This document shows, piece after piece, positions 13,057 through 28,105 of a DNA stretch of 64,000 nt. This DNA comes from Octopus sinensis. Its lineage: Eukaryota. The stretch spans positions 123,008,001 through 123,072,000 of the forward strand of contig NC_042999.1 of assembly GCF_006345805.1 (NCBI RefSeq). The letters run 5' to 3'. Made by a program: the position numbers and the translations under genes. Within the stretch, counting starts at the first letter, position 1. Every line of letters starts with the position of its first letter. The notes beneath the pieces are model-generated. The model was not told where the DNA came from. It searched no databases and saw only the letters and a list, made by a program, of their open reading frames with translations.

Positions 13057-14288
13057 TTAATTGATCTCTAAAGAAAGAAGTGGTATAAGTTCTTAGAATT
13101 GCATAATATAGGGTCAGGTGATCTGAATTGTTGGTTGGGTTTTGATGAGCTTCAAGAAAAAGCATTTTTTTTCCTTTTCTCAAAATATGAAGAGATAAAA
13201 CATTGACTGAACGAGAGTAGAACTATATTAAGCTGATTCTGTAACTTGGAAATTACATATCACAATTTTACTAATTATAAATGGCTTAAAGTAGGATATA
13301 ATATTCAGAATATTTTTCCCTATTTTCTTTTTTTTTTTTTTAATGAAATGAACGGATAAGATATTAAAAAAGAAAAAAATGATAGCCTTGATTTGCAGAA
13401 ATCTATAGTCTCTCCATATTGATATATTGACCGATAGTATTGGTAGAAAATACAACTTTTGTTATATGACTTAACAACAGTTTTTATATAGAACATGCTC
13501 AAACAAGTATTTTCTTGTTCTAAGTTTGTTATGTATATAAGAGCAGATCTAACCCACTTTTGTTACTGCATTTTCATAAAGAAAATTAACATTAAAATTC
13601 ATTAACATTAAAATGCTGTAAAATAAATATTGAACCAATATGTAAATAAAGAGATTGAATAAGACTTTGTCAGGAAAGATTCTAGTGTAAGAAATATATA
13701 GATAATAGTTGGCACTGTTGATGTGTGGGATGTTAGACATTATGATCATTTAGATGGGTGAAAGAAATTTTCTTTCCTTTTTTTTTTTGTTTTAGCAGTG
13801 CAGTATAGTATAAAATATGATATGTTTCAAAATAATGAAGATATTCCTTAATTCATTTTTGCTCTGTAGAAGGAAATATATACACAGGCATCAAATATAT
13901 TTTGATTGTCAGCCAAGTCAATATCTTTAGCAGGATTGAACATGTTCAGAACTAACCATATGCAATTATCCTAACCACGTAGTTAGTATATGATAAAAAG
14001 AAGTTGGCTTGGGTATAGACTTAGATCATATTATGAACAGTGTAATATGAATAAGAATTTAAATAAAATGTTTTCTGTAAAATTTGCCAAGAATAGCAAA
14101 AAGACACTGAAAATATCTAGGTCAATACTTTTCTCATTTTCACTTTTGAAGAAACTGTTTAATAATTTATATTTTCACCTGTTCTGTAAAGTATTTTTTT
14201 TTAGTCTTTCTGTTTCAAATATCTTCATAAATTGCTTTTATTATTTTCCCCAACAGAAATATCAATTTCTATTTAACTTTGTGGAACT

Positions 14289-14328
<40 letters not shown>

Positions 14329-17300
14329 TACACACACACACACATATTAATTCTTTTGTTTCAACAATTACTTTTGAACAAAATTTTGATGAAAATTGCT
14401 GGATAATAGTTGGAAGCCATGGTGTTTGGAAGTAAGTCTCTGTGTGTGTGTATGTGTGTATATATGTATGTGTGTGTGTTGAGAGAGAGAATCATGCACA
14501 CACATGCATGCACACATACACACATCTATGTGTATGTGATGTGTGTATGAGAGAGAAAGAAAATGCCGATGACTGTTAGTCATACATCTCATTAAATTCA
14601 TGCATGGGTGGGACGAGTTTTGCAACTATGGAGTCTTTATGCAATTGAAAGAATTATTGTAAATGTTGCATGACATTCCCTATACCGATTATTTAACAAT
14701 TAATGGGGTGTAGAGCCTGTTGCCTGACAGGCTAAAAGAAAGGAAATAATATGCCTTGCTTAGGGACAAAACACAGTGCCCACAGTGTGGCTTGATTTCA
14801 TCAATACTTCAGCTTCACACCTATTGTACTTCATCAAAGTCTCGGCACTTGTCACAAAGTCATCTATATGCTGGTGATATTAGTTTATAACATCACTGCT
14901 CTGCTGTCAGAAATACTTGTTAGTTTAAGTACAATTGTTTGTCTGACTTCAGTAGTCACTGAATTACCTTTTGACTACAAATTGGAATCTAATCTAATTC
15001 GAACCAACTTGTAATCAATCCTAATGTTCAACTGACATTGTGTTTACCATACCTAACTGAACTAAATCTATAATAAATGCTCTCAGCAAATGAAACATTC
15101 TTCCTTCTGATCTGGCCTTGTTTTTTAATTCTACTTCTGATTTGTTATTCCTATATAATTCACTCTAACAATGTTATTAATCATTGACTCAAACTATCAT
15201 GACATTAAACCTTTTATCTTCTGCATTAATCAACTGAAAGGAAGTGGCATAAAAACTATAATGAAGCTTAAAAGTTTCAACTGAAGCTTAATGAAGTTTC
15301 TAAGTGTTATATGTATATTCATGCTTTTCTATATACCCAAACAAATGTTCATACACACACTCTCTCTCTCACACATACACACACGTAATTTTTTTTTTTT
15401 TTTGCATGTTGAAGTTGACTATTCCATTAGTTCAAGTATCACAGTTAGTAAGTATTCATGAGAAGGTGTGAAGAGCATTTCAAACAATAGCATATCCAAG
15501 AAAATTTGTAGAAAAAAATAACCCAACTATTTACTCAACATATATTGAATACTCTTTTTGTTGTAATACTTTTTGCAAGCATAATGTCATGTATGTGATA
15601 TATGTTTATACCCAAGAATATCTGTATATGTGGGAAGTGGATGGGCAGATGGATGGATATGTTTATGTGTGTACAAAAATGCAAGCACAACTTTAAAAAG
15701 AGTGACTAACTGTGATAGATTTACTAGTATTTAAGTGCTTGTGAATTTTTCAGTTGTAAATTCAAATATTGGTGCACTGGAAATTAAATTTAGCTCTTTT
15801 CTTAGAACTGGGTGCTGCTACTAATAAAAATATCTTTCATCAGCACAAAACTACATGTTTGTTAGGAAAGAGTATAATTTACTGGATTTAATCTTGTCCA
15901 TGCTGATATTTGTATTAAATCTGTAAATATCAAAGGAAAGCCTAACTCTGCTGGGATTTTGAAATAAGTATGTAACCAAAGTATTCAATTCTACTTCTTT
16001 AATATGAAACATTTGCTTGAAAGAAAAGCTAAGATACTCTTATATATGACTGGCATATTTTCTTCTTTGGTAGATTTGAATATAATCTCTACCTCAGAGT
16101 TGAAGGAACTATTCATCAATGTATCCAAGCATTGTAGCTTTCAATCACTTCTATTTTGAATTACACACTTGTAAGTGTATGTTTTGTAATTGTTCACCTT
16201 CAGATAGCCAATAGAAATTTCTTTTCTTTGTATCCAATATAAAATCAGATCTGCCAAATATTGAAATTATGATAAAAAGAAATAAAACAGAAGTTAGAGA
16301 TGTTCCTCTATCTCCTCACAACAATCTTTCTCCTCTCTGGGAAATCAACTCCTGTGGACAATGCTTAAACTGAGTTGGTGCATTATAGTAAGAATTGGGT
16401 ATTAAATGCGAAAGAGTGGCAGAAATGAGACAGAATTTGTTTGGATGCACACCATTAATGTATATATCATATATATTTGTGGAACTTTCCAATATACATA
16501 TATATATAAAAGATATCTATGTGTGTATGTATATATATGTATATGTATGCACACATACATACACCAACATATATATGTAAATACATTACATACACGCACA
16601 CACACACACACACACATATAGATACAAACATACAATATATATGTGTGTGTAGAAGAACACAAATGGGTTTATGGTTCACTACAGCTGTTTCAGATGCATT
16701 TTTATTGATGAAGAGTTTAATTATAATAATCACATCATAAAAAAAATATTTTTCATCAGGTGACTAAAATTTAGTTTGAATAAATGACAAGATGTAGAAT
16801 GATCCTCTTTGTTAGCCATCATGAAAGAGAGTGAAAAATATATCAACAACTGTCTAAATTTAACTGGCTGTGATGGAAACACTCAGGGTAGAAGTCAGTG
16901 GGAAATAAAATCTTCATAAAACCCTATAAAAACTTTGTCTTCAAATGGGACTTGATAGATAGAGATAAAGAGATGAGGAAGACAGTGAGAAAAAAAAAGA
17001 GAAAATGTAAGGGGTAATTGTTCAGAGTGGTGACTTCAGAGAGAAGTCCTGTGATGCCTCATGTGCCTATAGTAGTAAGTACATGCATGATTAAACACAC
17101 ATACTCTCATATGTCATGCACTCACATACATACACATACTCAAACATATATATACACACATACACTGAAATACATATATATATATATATATATACATACA
17201 CACACACACACAATATGAACATACATATACACAAATATGCAGAAAATTCTATTTATGTATACATATACACACAAAAGTGTGAACACACAACAATACAGAC

Positions 17301-17929
17301 ATTAAAGTAAGAGGTAAATATCATAATCAGGCATGTATAAGCAGCAGCAATAACAACACAAAGTAAAACAACAACAACAACAAAAACAATAATAATAAGT
17401 AGTATGTTAGATTGCATCTCGATATATCTCATAACTGGGCATCAGATAATAATAATGAGATGTATGGAGTTTAGGAGGAAAGAAATATATGAACCTTTAG
17501 CGCATAAATATACAAATAAAAACACAAATATACTTATTCACATTCTTTTGCTCACATTACGCATGTACACCCATATATATTTACTTATAGATAATAAATG
17601 TATTGTCTATATGCTAAATTAATATTCTTGCCATCATCTATGTTAAATATATAATTAGTTGGGTATGATATAATAGGCATTTAACAGATAAATGAAAAGA
17701 TAAGATAACAGTTAGAACATGCCGTATAAGTTTAAAATTAGTATGTGAGGGAAATACAAATGAGAGAAAATCAGAGAGACTAAGAGGGTGTTGACATTGT
17801 GAGTGAAGTCATACATCATATTATGTCATTATAATGATTTTTAATAATAATAGAAACACTATAAGTGTTAGAGTATTAAAGAATTAGTGTTCAAGACAGG
17901 TAGGCTACATGGTATAACAGACGTTACCC

Positions 17930-18620
17930 AACAAGCTTAAAATGAATAGATATATGCCTAATGTCATGTAAGCATTTCATTTTAAGTTCCTGTGCCTTAT
18001 TAAGCAGGTTACCTGGATATTTTAAGATCTCATATAATTTCGCACAGCACAGTGTACAACCATACATGCTATTTAAATATGGCAATGCCTTGCTCCAAGC
18101 AATTTCAAATTAAACATTACTATCCTTTAGTTACCACACTTTTTCTGCCAATCATGTAATGCAAGCTTTATTGTGATTTTTGAATGATGCAAGATGATTA
18201 CACAATCTAGATTTGAATTTGCAAGATGTTGAGCCTATGAAGGTGAAGAGTTTTGTATCAGTTGTTACATTATACTTATAAACTATAGTCCTAGTTAAAC
18301 AGGTATTATTAAGTGGACAGACATCCCTATTATAACAGTTGCACATTGTAGGGTTACCAGGTTATTAGGATTGTTGTTATTATATAAGCTAGGTGTAGCA
18401 TTAAAACTAATTGAATGACTTGATTTAATAACATTACTATTATTGTTTACATTCCTATTATTGCTGACCCTAATGGGGTTAGTGCAGTCTGATTGAACAT
18501 GTGTAGACCTATAATGTTCAATTACATCAGAATCATAGCAGTTGTCAACTACTGCTTTTGTACTGAAATCATTGTTAAAACTTATTTTCTCAGCATTGAC
18601 TCCCCCAGTACTTTGCATTG
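17930..18620 (-). pseudogene. Penelope-like retroelement relic: Asn-rich linker plus GIY-YIG endonuclease domain
   Basis: Minus-strand translation: NPNNLVTLQ/CNCYNRDVCPLNNTCLTRTIVYKYNVTTDTKLFTFIGSTSCKFKSRLCNHLASFKNH...LAEKVW*LKD...FEIAWSKALPY...CTLCCAKLYEILKYPGNLLNKAQELKMKCLH. This follows the PLE GIY-YIG pattern (CNC..CPL...C..VY..YIG..F..R..NH..SF; LLNK). Contains stops and a frameshift. Confidence 0.85.
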
Positions 18621-20197
18621 GATTGTGAACTTACATCCTCATATGTATATGTATCTATAGAGATATGTATGAATGTTGTATATATATATGTATTTGCTAA
18701 ACTCAACTGTTTCCTGGTGTCCTGAATGTTAAAATACCTTGATTCTAACAAATCCCACAACTGATTATGTGTTTCATGTTAGTGTGTTCTTCAGTGAACA
18801 GTAAACTGAGAGTGAGAGGTAGAGGTGGGGACAGAGAGAGAGAGGGAGACTTGGTGATCTGCTATTCCTCTATCCCATTGGAGGACTGTTGAAGCTATCA
18901 TTGGTATGTCAGAAGACAAAATTATTTTATGGAAGGAAAGTTACTTATTGCTGTCATATAAGTAATACCTATCTTTTTTATGATGTGCATTCATCTGTCT
19001 AAGTATTAGTTATGCTTCCTTTATGATTTTGACTGGAATTGAAAGGATTGATATAAATTATTTGAAGGTCAAGAACTGAGTTTGCATTTTATATATTTTT
19101 TGTTTGCTTTGTAGTTTCAAACTTCATTAATACTTTCTGTTGGTCACTTTGACTAATACTTGAACAAAAATGATACTGTGACAGGATGACAAAGCAAGTT
19201 CATTGTCACATATATTGATGAAATGATAAAATAATTAAAACACCTCACCATTTCCTAGTGAATTCTGATATTAGTTTTTATTATCAGTATTAGATTACTG
19301 TGTCAATGATTAATATGGTTACAGCTTTTATGTATATAAGTATGTGTATGACAGGTTTGTATATTTTGCTCTCTCTCTCTCTCTCTATCTCTCCTATATA
19401 TGTGCATGCATTCGTGTGTCTGTGTGTGTATGAATATATTTAACAGTATTTGGAAATAATATATATTTCCTACTTATTTACATTCAGTAATGTTTTGAAT
19501 TCATTTTCAAATCAAACAAATTTTCTGTTGATTATTTTTCTACTTAATATTACAGTCAATTTTTTTCTCTATTGTTAATTATTAAATACTTTCTTTGTCG
19601 TAGTAAATACACTTTTCCATAGGTTATTTTTATTTGAATTTTAGTTGTTTTTTTTCTTTTTCAACATAACTTTAAAATTGCCTACAACATATTTAATCAA
19701 CATTAGTGTAATTAACTTTGTCATGAAGGATAAAACCATAGAGAATTATTGATTATCTATTATGGCTACTGTTCTGATGACCCTTTCTTCTGAAGTGATA
19801 ATAAATTAGTTATTAAACAATGTTTCAAGACTCCAACCAAGAATATCACCTCCATACGCTCATGACTCACACTCTATCATAGATTAGCACCAATATTTCC
19901 TTCAACATCAAGAAGTGGATTTCTCAAAATGCATTTCTTCTTGATTGAAACCTGTAGCAAGTGAAATATATAATCTACATCTTATATCTGCACACTTTCT
20001 CTAATCAGTGAAATAATAAAAAAAAAATCTGTGACTAATTTGTTCTTTCCCTCTCAGTACAACATAATAAATTTTATTAAACATTAATTTCTTCAGTAAC
20101 TTGTAATCTCCTGACAAGCAGATACTATTTTGTAATTTCAGTCTGGGTGAAGGCAATTTAACATGTGTTAACCTAGATTTTACCCTCTGCTAAACAT

Positions 20198-20432
20198 GGG
20201 CTGTGTCTAATCAAAAAGTATTAGTTAATTAATTTAATGTCTTATTTCATCTGTCTTTGTGTTCTGAGTTCAAATTCCATTGGGGTCAGCTTTGACTTTC
20301 ATCCTTTCGGGGTTGATGAAAGAAGTACCAGTTGAGAACTGGGGTCAAAGAAATCAACTAGCCCTCACCCACAAAATTTCACATGTTGCACCTATAGTAG
20401 AAAAGATTATTATTATTATTATCATTATTATT
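20198..20432 (+). mobile_element. SINE family A copy
   Basis: ttctgagttcaaattcc..gactttcatcctttcggggttgatgaaagaagtaccag..(ATT)n. Confidence 0.8.
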
Positions 20433-20665
20433 ACTTAGCCATAGAAAAGAGTCTCATTGTATTTAGTGTAAAAACATTAGTAGGATTGAGCTTATATATT
20501 TTACTCACCACATAAGTATTTCTAATTACCTTGTTGATGCTCTACTATGTAAATTAAATAAGTTAATACTTACTTAACTATTGTTTTTCATGTCTCTGTG
20601 TGAAATTAATCTTTGTGATTTATTGAATGATATAACACACACACACACACTCTCTCTCTCTCTCT

Positions 20666-20720
<55 letters not shown>

Positions 20721-20772
20721 GAGAGAAAGAGAGATTAACAGACAGCATATACAGATTCTGACATACATTTGT

Positions 20773-21016
20773 GTAAGAGTAAAGTTCCTTCCCAAGTCAT
20801 GTCGATTCATAGGGGTAATTTCCATGGTGTATATATTCCCTACCTGGACAGGACACCAATCCATCATGGCATTACTCATTTTTGCCAGCTGGGTGGACTG
20901 GAGCAACTTGAAATGAAGCGTTTTACTCAAGAACACATGTCACCTGGACCAGGAATCAAAACCACAATCTTATGATCATGAGTCCAACACCCTAACCACT
21001 AACCACTGTGCCTCCA
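20773..21016 (-). mobile_element. tRNA-derived SINE family D copy
   Basis: Reverse-complement head ggaggcacagtggttagtggttagggtgttggactcatgatcataagattgtggttttgattcc. A plus-strand fragment of the same family lies at about 54762-54890. Confidence 0.7.
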
Positions 21017-21350
21017 TCTGTTGATGCATTCTAAATAAATGGTGAAAACCCAAAGGCAACAAACTTCATTATCAGTCCTGAATATTTATCAAAAACAGAA
21101 CTTTATGCATTCAGAGCAGCGAAATTTTCAATACTACTTTAGGTTTCTTAAATTTCTTATTTTATAGTTGATTACTACAACTTTTCTAAAGCTTAACTTT
21201 CTGAAACTGTAATACAAAGCTGGTTTCCAATTGCATGTTGCCTAGTGAACGATAATAAATTATTTTCTGCTTTATCTGAACTAAGTTATTCAATTTCATT
21301 TTGTATCATTCTATCAGTATCTCTTCCTAATATTTAAGTATATATATAAG

Positions 21351-21975
21351 GCTGGCAGAATCATTAGCTTGTTAGGTAAAATGCTTAGTGGCATTTCATT
21401 TGTCTTTACGTTCCAAGTTCAAATTCTGCTGAAGTCAACTTTGCATTTCATTTTTTTTTGGCGGGTGGTGGGTCATTAAAATAAGTACCAGTTGAACACT
21501 GGGGTTGATGTTATTGACTTATCCCCTTCCTTGAAATTGTTGGTCTTGTACCAAAATTTGAAATCAGTATCTAAGGTTAAGCATGTATGTATGTTGTAGT
21601 AAGTGCATACATGGCTGTACTGTTGTGAAGTTTGCTTCCCAACTATGCGCTCTTGGTTCAGTCCCACTGCACAGCACCTTGGGCAACTGTCTTCTACTAT
21701 ACCCCTAGGCCATTCAAAGCCTAGTGAGTGCATTTGATAGACTAAAACTGAAAGATGCCTGTTGTATGTGTGTGTGTTTACCCTTCTTGAGACACCACAT
21801 GATGGTTATAAATGAGCATCAACATCATACAAAAGAGGTGAGGTTGTTTATTTCCAGTCTTCTATGAGAAACATATCTAGCTATGGTTACATATTACCTT
21901 GTTTGGAAACTGGTTAGGAGTGGTCTTAGATTCTATGTGATTTATGCAAGCATGGAAAAGTGGATACTGAATGAT
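21351..21975 (+). mobile_element. Adjacent SINE A (21351-21566) and SINE C (21603-21975)
   Basis: Family A motifs, then a family-B head (ggttcagtcccactgc..cttgggcaactgtcttctactata) ending gcaagcatggaaaagtggatactgaatgat. Confidence 0.75.
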
Positions 21976-22697
21976 CACACCTACATGCATGGTTATATAC
22001 ATATAGATATATCTTTCAATACATCTCAACGCTTCTAAAGCAAACTTTGTTGACTTTCAATGTAAGCTGAATTTAACATATAGATATGTAATTAATATAT
22101 TCACTATATCAAGGGTTCTCAAATTTTTTTGTTGAGTATACTCCTTCATCATTGGCATACCTCATGTGAATAATACAGCATAAAATGCCTGGATATCATA
22201 GAACAGATATCTATTATTAGTATTAATCTAATTTAATTCAAATAGTTCAAATTGCAGCATAGTCAACTTTGCTTCTCTTCCTTCCAGAGTTTATAAAATA
22301 TCAGTCAAGTTCTGGGTTCAATATACTCACCTGTTTTTTCTTTCATATTTCTTAACTTGTACCTATGTAAGAAATCAATTTCATTTACTTTAATATTACA
22401 TTTTTAAGGAGGTGGAATAGCATGACTCTCCTTAATGAAGTTTCAGAGAAGCACATTGACACATCATTGTTAACTGACAGTTGTTCACAAAATTTGTTTT
22501 CAGTTATAAACATCACTGAAAACCTTTATTCACAGTGATAAGAGGACATAAATAACAAAATTTCTCCATATATTTTCTAGACTCAAGTTGTATTTCATTG
22601 GTTGTGATTACTTAATAATTCCAGTGTTTTTAACAAAACTGCAAGTACTCTTGCATTTTCTCTTGCATACCTTTATGGCTTTGAGAATCCTATGCTA

Positions 22698-22782
22698 TCA
22701 TCATCATCATTCATTTAGCGTCCGTTTTCCATGCTAGCATGGGTTGGACGGTTCAACTGGGGTCTGGGGAGCCCGAAGGCTA
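22698..22782 (-). mobile_element. RTE 3' tip (extreme 5' truncation)
   Basis: catcatcatcattcatttagcgtccgttttccatgctagcatgggttggacggttcaactggggtctggggagcccgaagg is near-identical to 51710-51785. Confidence 0.85.
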
Positions 22783-25261
22783 TATGTTATAGATATATTT
22801 CCAGAAATGTTGTTAAACTTTGTTCCCAGAGAAATATTGTTTTTTTGTCTATTTCTCTTACCTAAATAGTCAAGTATTTAAAACAAATATTTGCATTAAA
22901 ATGGTAATTAACTTATTGGTTCATTGGAGCCCCTTTGAGATTATATATCCATTTATGTTATTGTTAATGAATGTATGTAAAAATAAAAAAAACAAAACCA
23001 TATAAATTTAACAAAGAAGGAACTTAAAAAGGCCCAAACTATTAAACTAGGCAAGGTATATTGACTGCAGAATAGACATCTTAATGATTAGTCTAATTAT
23101 TGCTTTGTAAATAATTTGGTTTGTAGTGAACGTAAATGAAATAACTATTTGCAATTATTTCATTCATATTCATTTAGCAGTAATTTTTATCATTAGAGCA
23201 TTAATTTTCTCCTTAGTCACACTCATAGTATCTAAGAAAAATAATGTATTAACAATTTTGTTTCTATTAATGATTATTCCATTTATTTTTCTTACATAGA
23301 GAAGAAAAAATAAGCAAACAATATCTGCTTCATGTTGAATTTTAATCAGTAACCTCAAGTGATCATCTCATTCCCACATAAACAGTACTGCTTTCCTCAG
23401 AAACCCATTGGCATTAGTACAGCTCGTGATCATCATGCATAGTAAACCACCAACAAATTTGGCACCATACAAATTAGCATAATATGGCAGTTATCCAAAT
23501 ATCCCAGCTTCTTCTGGACTGAGGATGTTAGATTATTTATCAAATTCTTGTATAATCCTTCATTTTGAAACATATATTGAGTGTTGACATTTTACAATAC
23601 TCTCCTAGCTAGCTACTTGGTATGTTTCAAGATGTGTTGCCAGTCTTTGACAGTTGCTGTAAAAGCTATTGTTCTTCTTTCAGTCAATTTGTTGTGGTAT
23701 TGAAAAGATTAATGGGGAAATAAACACTGTTTTCTTTTCACTATATTCTATTATATTTTCATTAATTGCAAGCAACAACTGGACAATTCAGCAGGCTATA
23801 TTGGACAACTAGCTGTTTGCCTGGTGGCTTGTGTCTTTTCACTGTTTCCATATTGAGACTGTGGTATTTCCAATAACATGATGTATCTTACTGTAAGCAG
23901 CTCTATAGTGAGAAAATTTAACTGTTGCAAGCAGTAACATAATTGTAAAATTAAGGAATGTTTCCCTCAGTTTTCAATATTTACACCTAAATGATGGTGA
24001 TGATGATGATGATGATGAAAACAGCTTCAGAAGGCAGAGTTACCTTTTTAAGTTACATGTTTTTCAAGAATGATATAAGCTTTGAAGAAATTGTAACAAA
24101 ATCATAAAAGACATATTTTGCATTTCTCTGGAAAGAACCTTACATGCTAAAATGTGGGATTAATCTTAACACACAAGTATAAACTATAAACTGGCACTGA
24201 AATGTTTATGCATATTGTACAATTAGCATAAGCAGAAACATATCTTATATTTCAACCTGAAGAATCAATTCTCATTCTCACACTCACTCACTTACTCTTT
24301 CTCTTTCACACATACACACACACACTCTTTCTCTCTCTCATATGTATACACAGAAGCCATTTATTATAATTACAGTTGATGCAATCAAATAGTTATTATT
24401 ATCGGAATTCATGGGTCCCTAACATATTCAGCATATAGTTATGCTTTCTGTTGTTATTGTCTGATCATCACTATCATTATTGAAAAGGCTCCATTCCATA
24501 GTGATCAAAATGTCTTCAACAGGGTATGTAGTGAACTAGTTAAGACCAATCTGTATTGATAAGAAAGTTTCTATTTTGTATCTTTTAAACATTTTTTCCC
24601 ATAATAGTTTGTACTAATTAGCTGTTAACATTATCCTATGACCTTACATATGCATACAAAAGACAAAACTGCTTTTCTTTTCTCTTTCCAAAAGATGCTT
24701 GAATTTTATAAAATTAATGATTGTTTCAGCTTTAGGTGGCCTTGATTTTTTAAGTAAGCATTCATGCATATTTGTTGATTCACAAAAATACATATAATCA
24801 TATTCCTGTACATCCCTTGTTATTTGTCATATTTCTAATATAGTTTGTAATCTAGCATTGCAGATTTTTGCACTTTCAATACCACTGCATTTATTTTGAG
24901 AGCATCATCTCATCCACTTGGAAATAACCTAGTCAGCCCCTCGGATGTTGTTTATTCACAATCTTATATTTCATTACACGCTTTCCAAGATATCTGCATT
25001 GCTATTCTGAAGAAACATTTGAATTGCTTTCCTGATTTAAGATCTTTGGATTAAGAGGTTTATTTGCTCTAATGCCAGTTACACATCCTATTGTGCATCA
25101 TATTCTTGTCGTCTCATTAAACTATTTCCTCAGTCAGTACTGACTGGTGAATTCAAATGGAGCTAATTTCAAAATTCATTGGAGAATTCAGAATAAAACC
25201 ATCTAATTCAAACTGTTTTCTGTCATTTCAATGTATAATTGCAATAATTGGACACTATATA

Positions 25262-25311
<50 letters not shown>

Positions 25312-25733
25312 TACATTCATTTACTCACTCACATGGTTGCATGCATCACATGCTTTATCTCTTCATTCTTCAGTATTGTATGACTACTTACTTTTGGCAA
25401 TTGAATCAAGTGTTGATTAGACATGCATTGTGAACATAGCAAATAGAATGCTTTCTTGTTTTGATAACGATGTTACTTTATAATACAAAGATGTTAAAAA
25501 CATAATGAACATTGGTTGTAAATAGGTAACTTATTTTGAAGAACACATGATACCAATATTAAGAACATGCCTTGGGAGATGCAGCAATAAAAAATTTTAC
25601 AACCTTGTGTGCCTTTGTTGATGAAAAACAAAAAAAAAAAATTGAGTCCTAGTTTAAAAAGGAGAAACAGAGAAGTAAAATGCACTGGTTGTTTGAATTC
25701 AAAATAATTTGTGGATAGAACTGTAAAGAGTAG

Positions 25734-25771
<38 letters not shown>

Positions 25772-25781
25772 CATTATTATT

Positions 25782-26002
25782 GTGGTGGTGAGCTGCATAA
25801 CTGTTAGTGCATCAGACAAAATGCTTTGCAGCATTTCTCCTGAAAGTGTACTTCCTGAGTTCAAATCCCACAAAGGTCAACTTCGCTTTTCATCCCTTCA
25901 AGTTTGACAAAGTACCAGTCATGTACTAGGGTCTATTAATTGACTAACAACCTTCTCTCCTAAAACTGTTGACCTTTTACCAAAATTTGAAACAATTGTT
26001 AT
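25782..26002 (+). mobile_element. SINE family A copy following an (ATT)n tract
   Basis: ggtggtgagctgcataactgttagtgc..gagttcaaatccc..gctttcatccc..ccaaaatttgaaac. Confidence 0.8.
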
Positions 26003-26957
26003 TTTTTTAATTACTACTACTACAACAAATGCAACTGCTGTTGTTGTTGTTGTTAAGCAACAAGACGGGTAAGGGTGATTAGGTGATGGTCTATCTCTTA
26101 GGGGTGGGAAACCTCTGAACTTGGTGGAAAAAAAAAAGACTTTGGTTGTCTTGTAGTCAAGGGCTCTTCATTGATGCCCGACACCACTGGGAGGTAGCCC
26201 TCGAAGTCGTTGGAAATGGAGATCTCCAGGTCCAAATTCTTGAACGGCTGCTACTGCTGTTGTTTTTGTTACTAGTATATTGGCCAGTATATTCAGTTAC
26301 TGACTAAAGTGTTAATTGATATCACAAACTGATCAGAATAGATGATATGTATTAGTAAAAAATACTTCAAGACTTCTATGGCTTAGTATTGAAAATGTTG
26401 AAGTTAGACTGAAGCTGAGCAAGTTGTAAACACTGTCGACATAATTACCTTATCTTTCATGTAAGAAAAGTTAAACCTATGTGCTTGTTATATAAAGTAT
26501 AGTCTGTTTTATAATAGGTTGGGACAGTGATAAATGGTAAGATGTTGTTTCTCAGATCATAGTAATGATGCTTTGATAATATTCAATTGTCTATCTTATC
26601 ATTAACAATACTTTTCTTTTTATGGAATAGTGTGTCTAATTTTAGGTTAATTGTTAATTTGAAGATTCACTCAATAGTTTATGATTTCAATTCAGTTATA
26701 TTGTCAATTGGTTTACAAGCATAATTAAAGAGAATTAGATACTGACATCAAAATCTTTCATTGATTCTTCATTAATATTCATACAGTTGGAGGACAGTGT
26801 CTTGCTCCAGTGACATAATGTACATAGCAGGCCATTTATTCATACAAGCTGTAAGTTAAGAACTACCAAGAGATAAAAAAAATATTGCTTTATTTTCAAA
26901 GGGTGGTGGCTTGCAGAATTGGTAGAACGATAGGCAAATGCTTGTAACATTTGGTTA

Positions 26958-27176
26958 TACTCCTTTATTCTTTTATTGCTTTACTTGTTTTAGTCATTTG
27001 GCTGTGACCATGCTGGAGCACTATCTTAAGGGGTTTTAGTTGAAGAAATCGACCCTAGGACTTTTTCTTTGTAAGCTTAGTACTTATTCTATCAGTCTAT
27101 TTTGCTGAATCGCTAATCTATGGGGACATAAACTCACCAACATTGGTTGTCAAGCAATAGCAGGGGTATGAACATA

Positions 27177-27210
<34 letters not shown>

Positions 27211-27360
27211 TATATACAGGATGGGCTTCTTTCAGTTTCTATCTACCAAATTCACTCACAAGACTTTGGTCAGCCCAAGGCTAAGGTGCCATGCAGTGGG
27301 ACTGAACCCAGAACCATGTGGTCGAGAAGCAAGTTTCTTACCACACAGCCATGCTTGCAC
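26958..27360 (-). mobile_element. SINE family B copy
   Basis: Colinear with 5439-5838 apart from a short internal deletion near agtagaagacacttg. Confidence 0.88.
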
Positions 27361-27819
27361 CTATGTTAAGGTTTCAAGGTCTATCAGAATCAACTTTGTT
27401 TCAATCCCCTTGTGTTTAATAAAAGAAGTATTAGTCACACTTACCCCTAAGATATGTCACCTTTTACTTATTTTAGATTATCATTTTTATAAAGCGAAAA
27501 ATTCATGTTGCATCAGCCATATTTCTTTATTTATACAAATTGTTTGTTTAATGAATACCATACAGTGTTTGGTTCATTGCTACATTTCTTTATCCCATTT
27601 TGTTTAATGTATTCAAAAGAATTATTCCTTTTACTAGCTGATAATTTCACAGTTATGCTCTGTGTCTATGAATGGATGGATGCTTGAACAATATCTGACC
27701 ACCTTCATGTACATAATTATTAAACTAGTCACAATGTTTCATTTGTAAAAAGGTATTGCTGTCTGATTCTCGGAACTGAAATGTAGACTTCAGTAACATT
27801 TAGAAACTTGATGATCTAA

Positions 27820-28105
27820 AGTGGGTATCTCCAACTAGCATGTTGTGGACCAGTACTGGGCAGGGATTGTTTAGTTCTGGGTCACACAGAAAGAATAAAT
27901 TTTTAAAGTTAATTTCTATTTCATTGAATTTCACATTCTGCTGGGTATTTTTTGCATTATGTATATTTTATATATGTAATAATTGAATTATATATCATGC
28001 ACTTTATTGTATTTTGTTATGCACTTGCTCCCCCTGTATGTAGAAAAACTGACTTGCCTGAAACTGTACAGTAGTGCAAAGAAATGTTAGGGAACACTGA
28101 TCTAA
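27820..28105. mobile_element. Possible hAT-type MITE
   Basis: Right end gttagggaacactg (reverse complement CAGTGTTCCCTAAC) and a degenerate left end aagtgggtatctccaac. TSD not evident. Confidence 0.3.

Noticed and set aside
13701-13760. WD40-like peptide IIVGTVDVWDVRH
   Set aside because: Acceptor lacks a polypyrimidine tract, the donor is weak, and the frame is closed by stops on both sides.
16073-16175. Good acceptor and GTAAGT donor pair
   Set aside because: All three frames contain a stop between the two sites.
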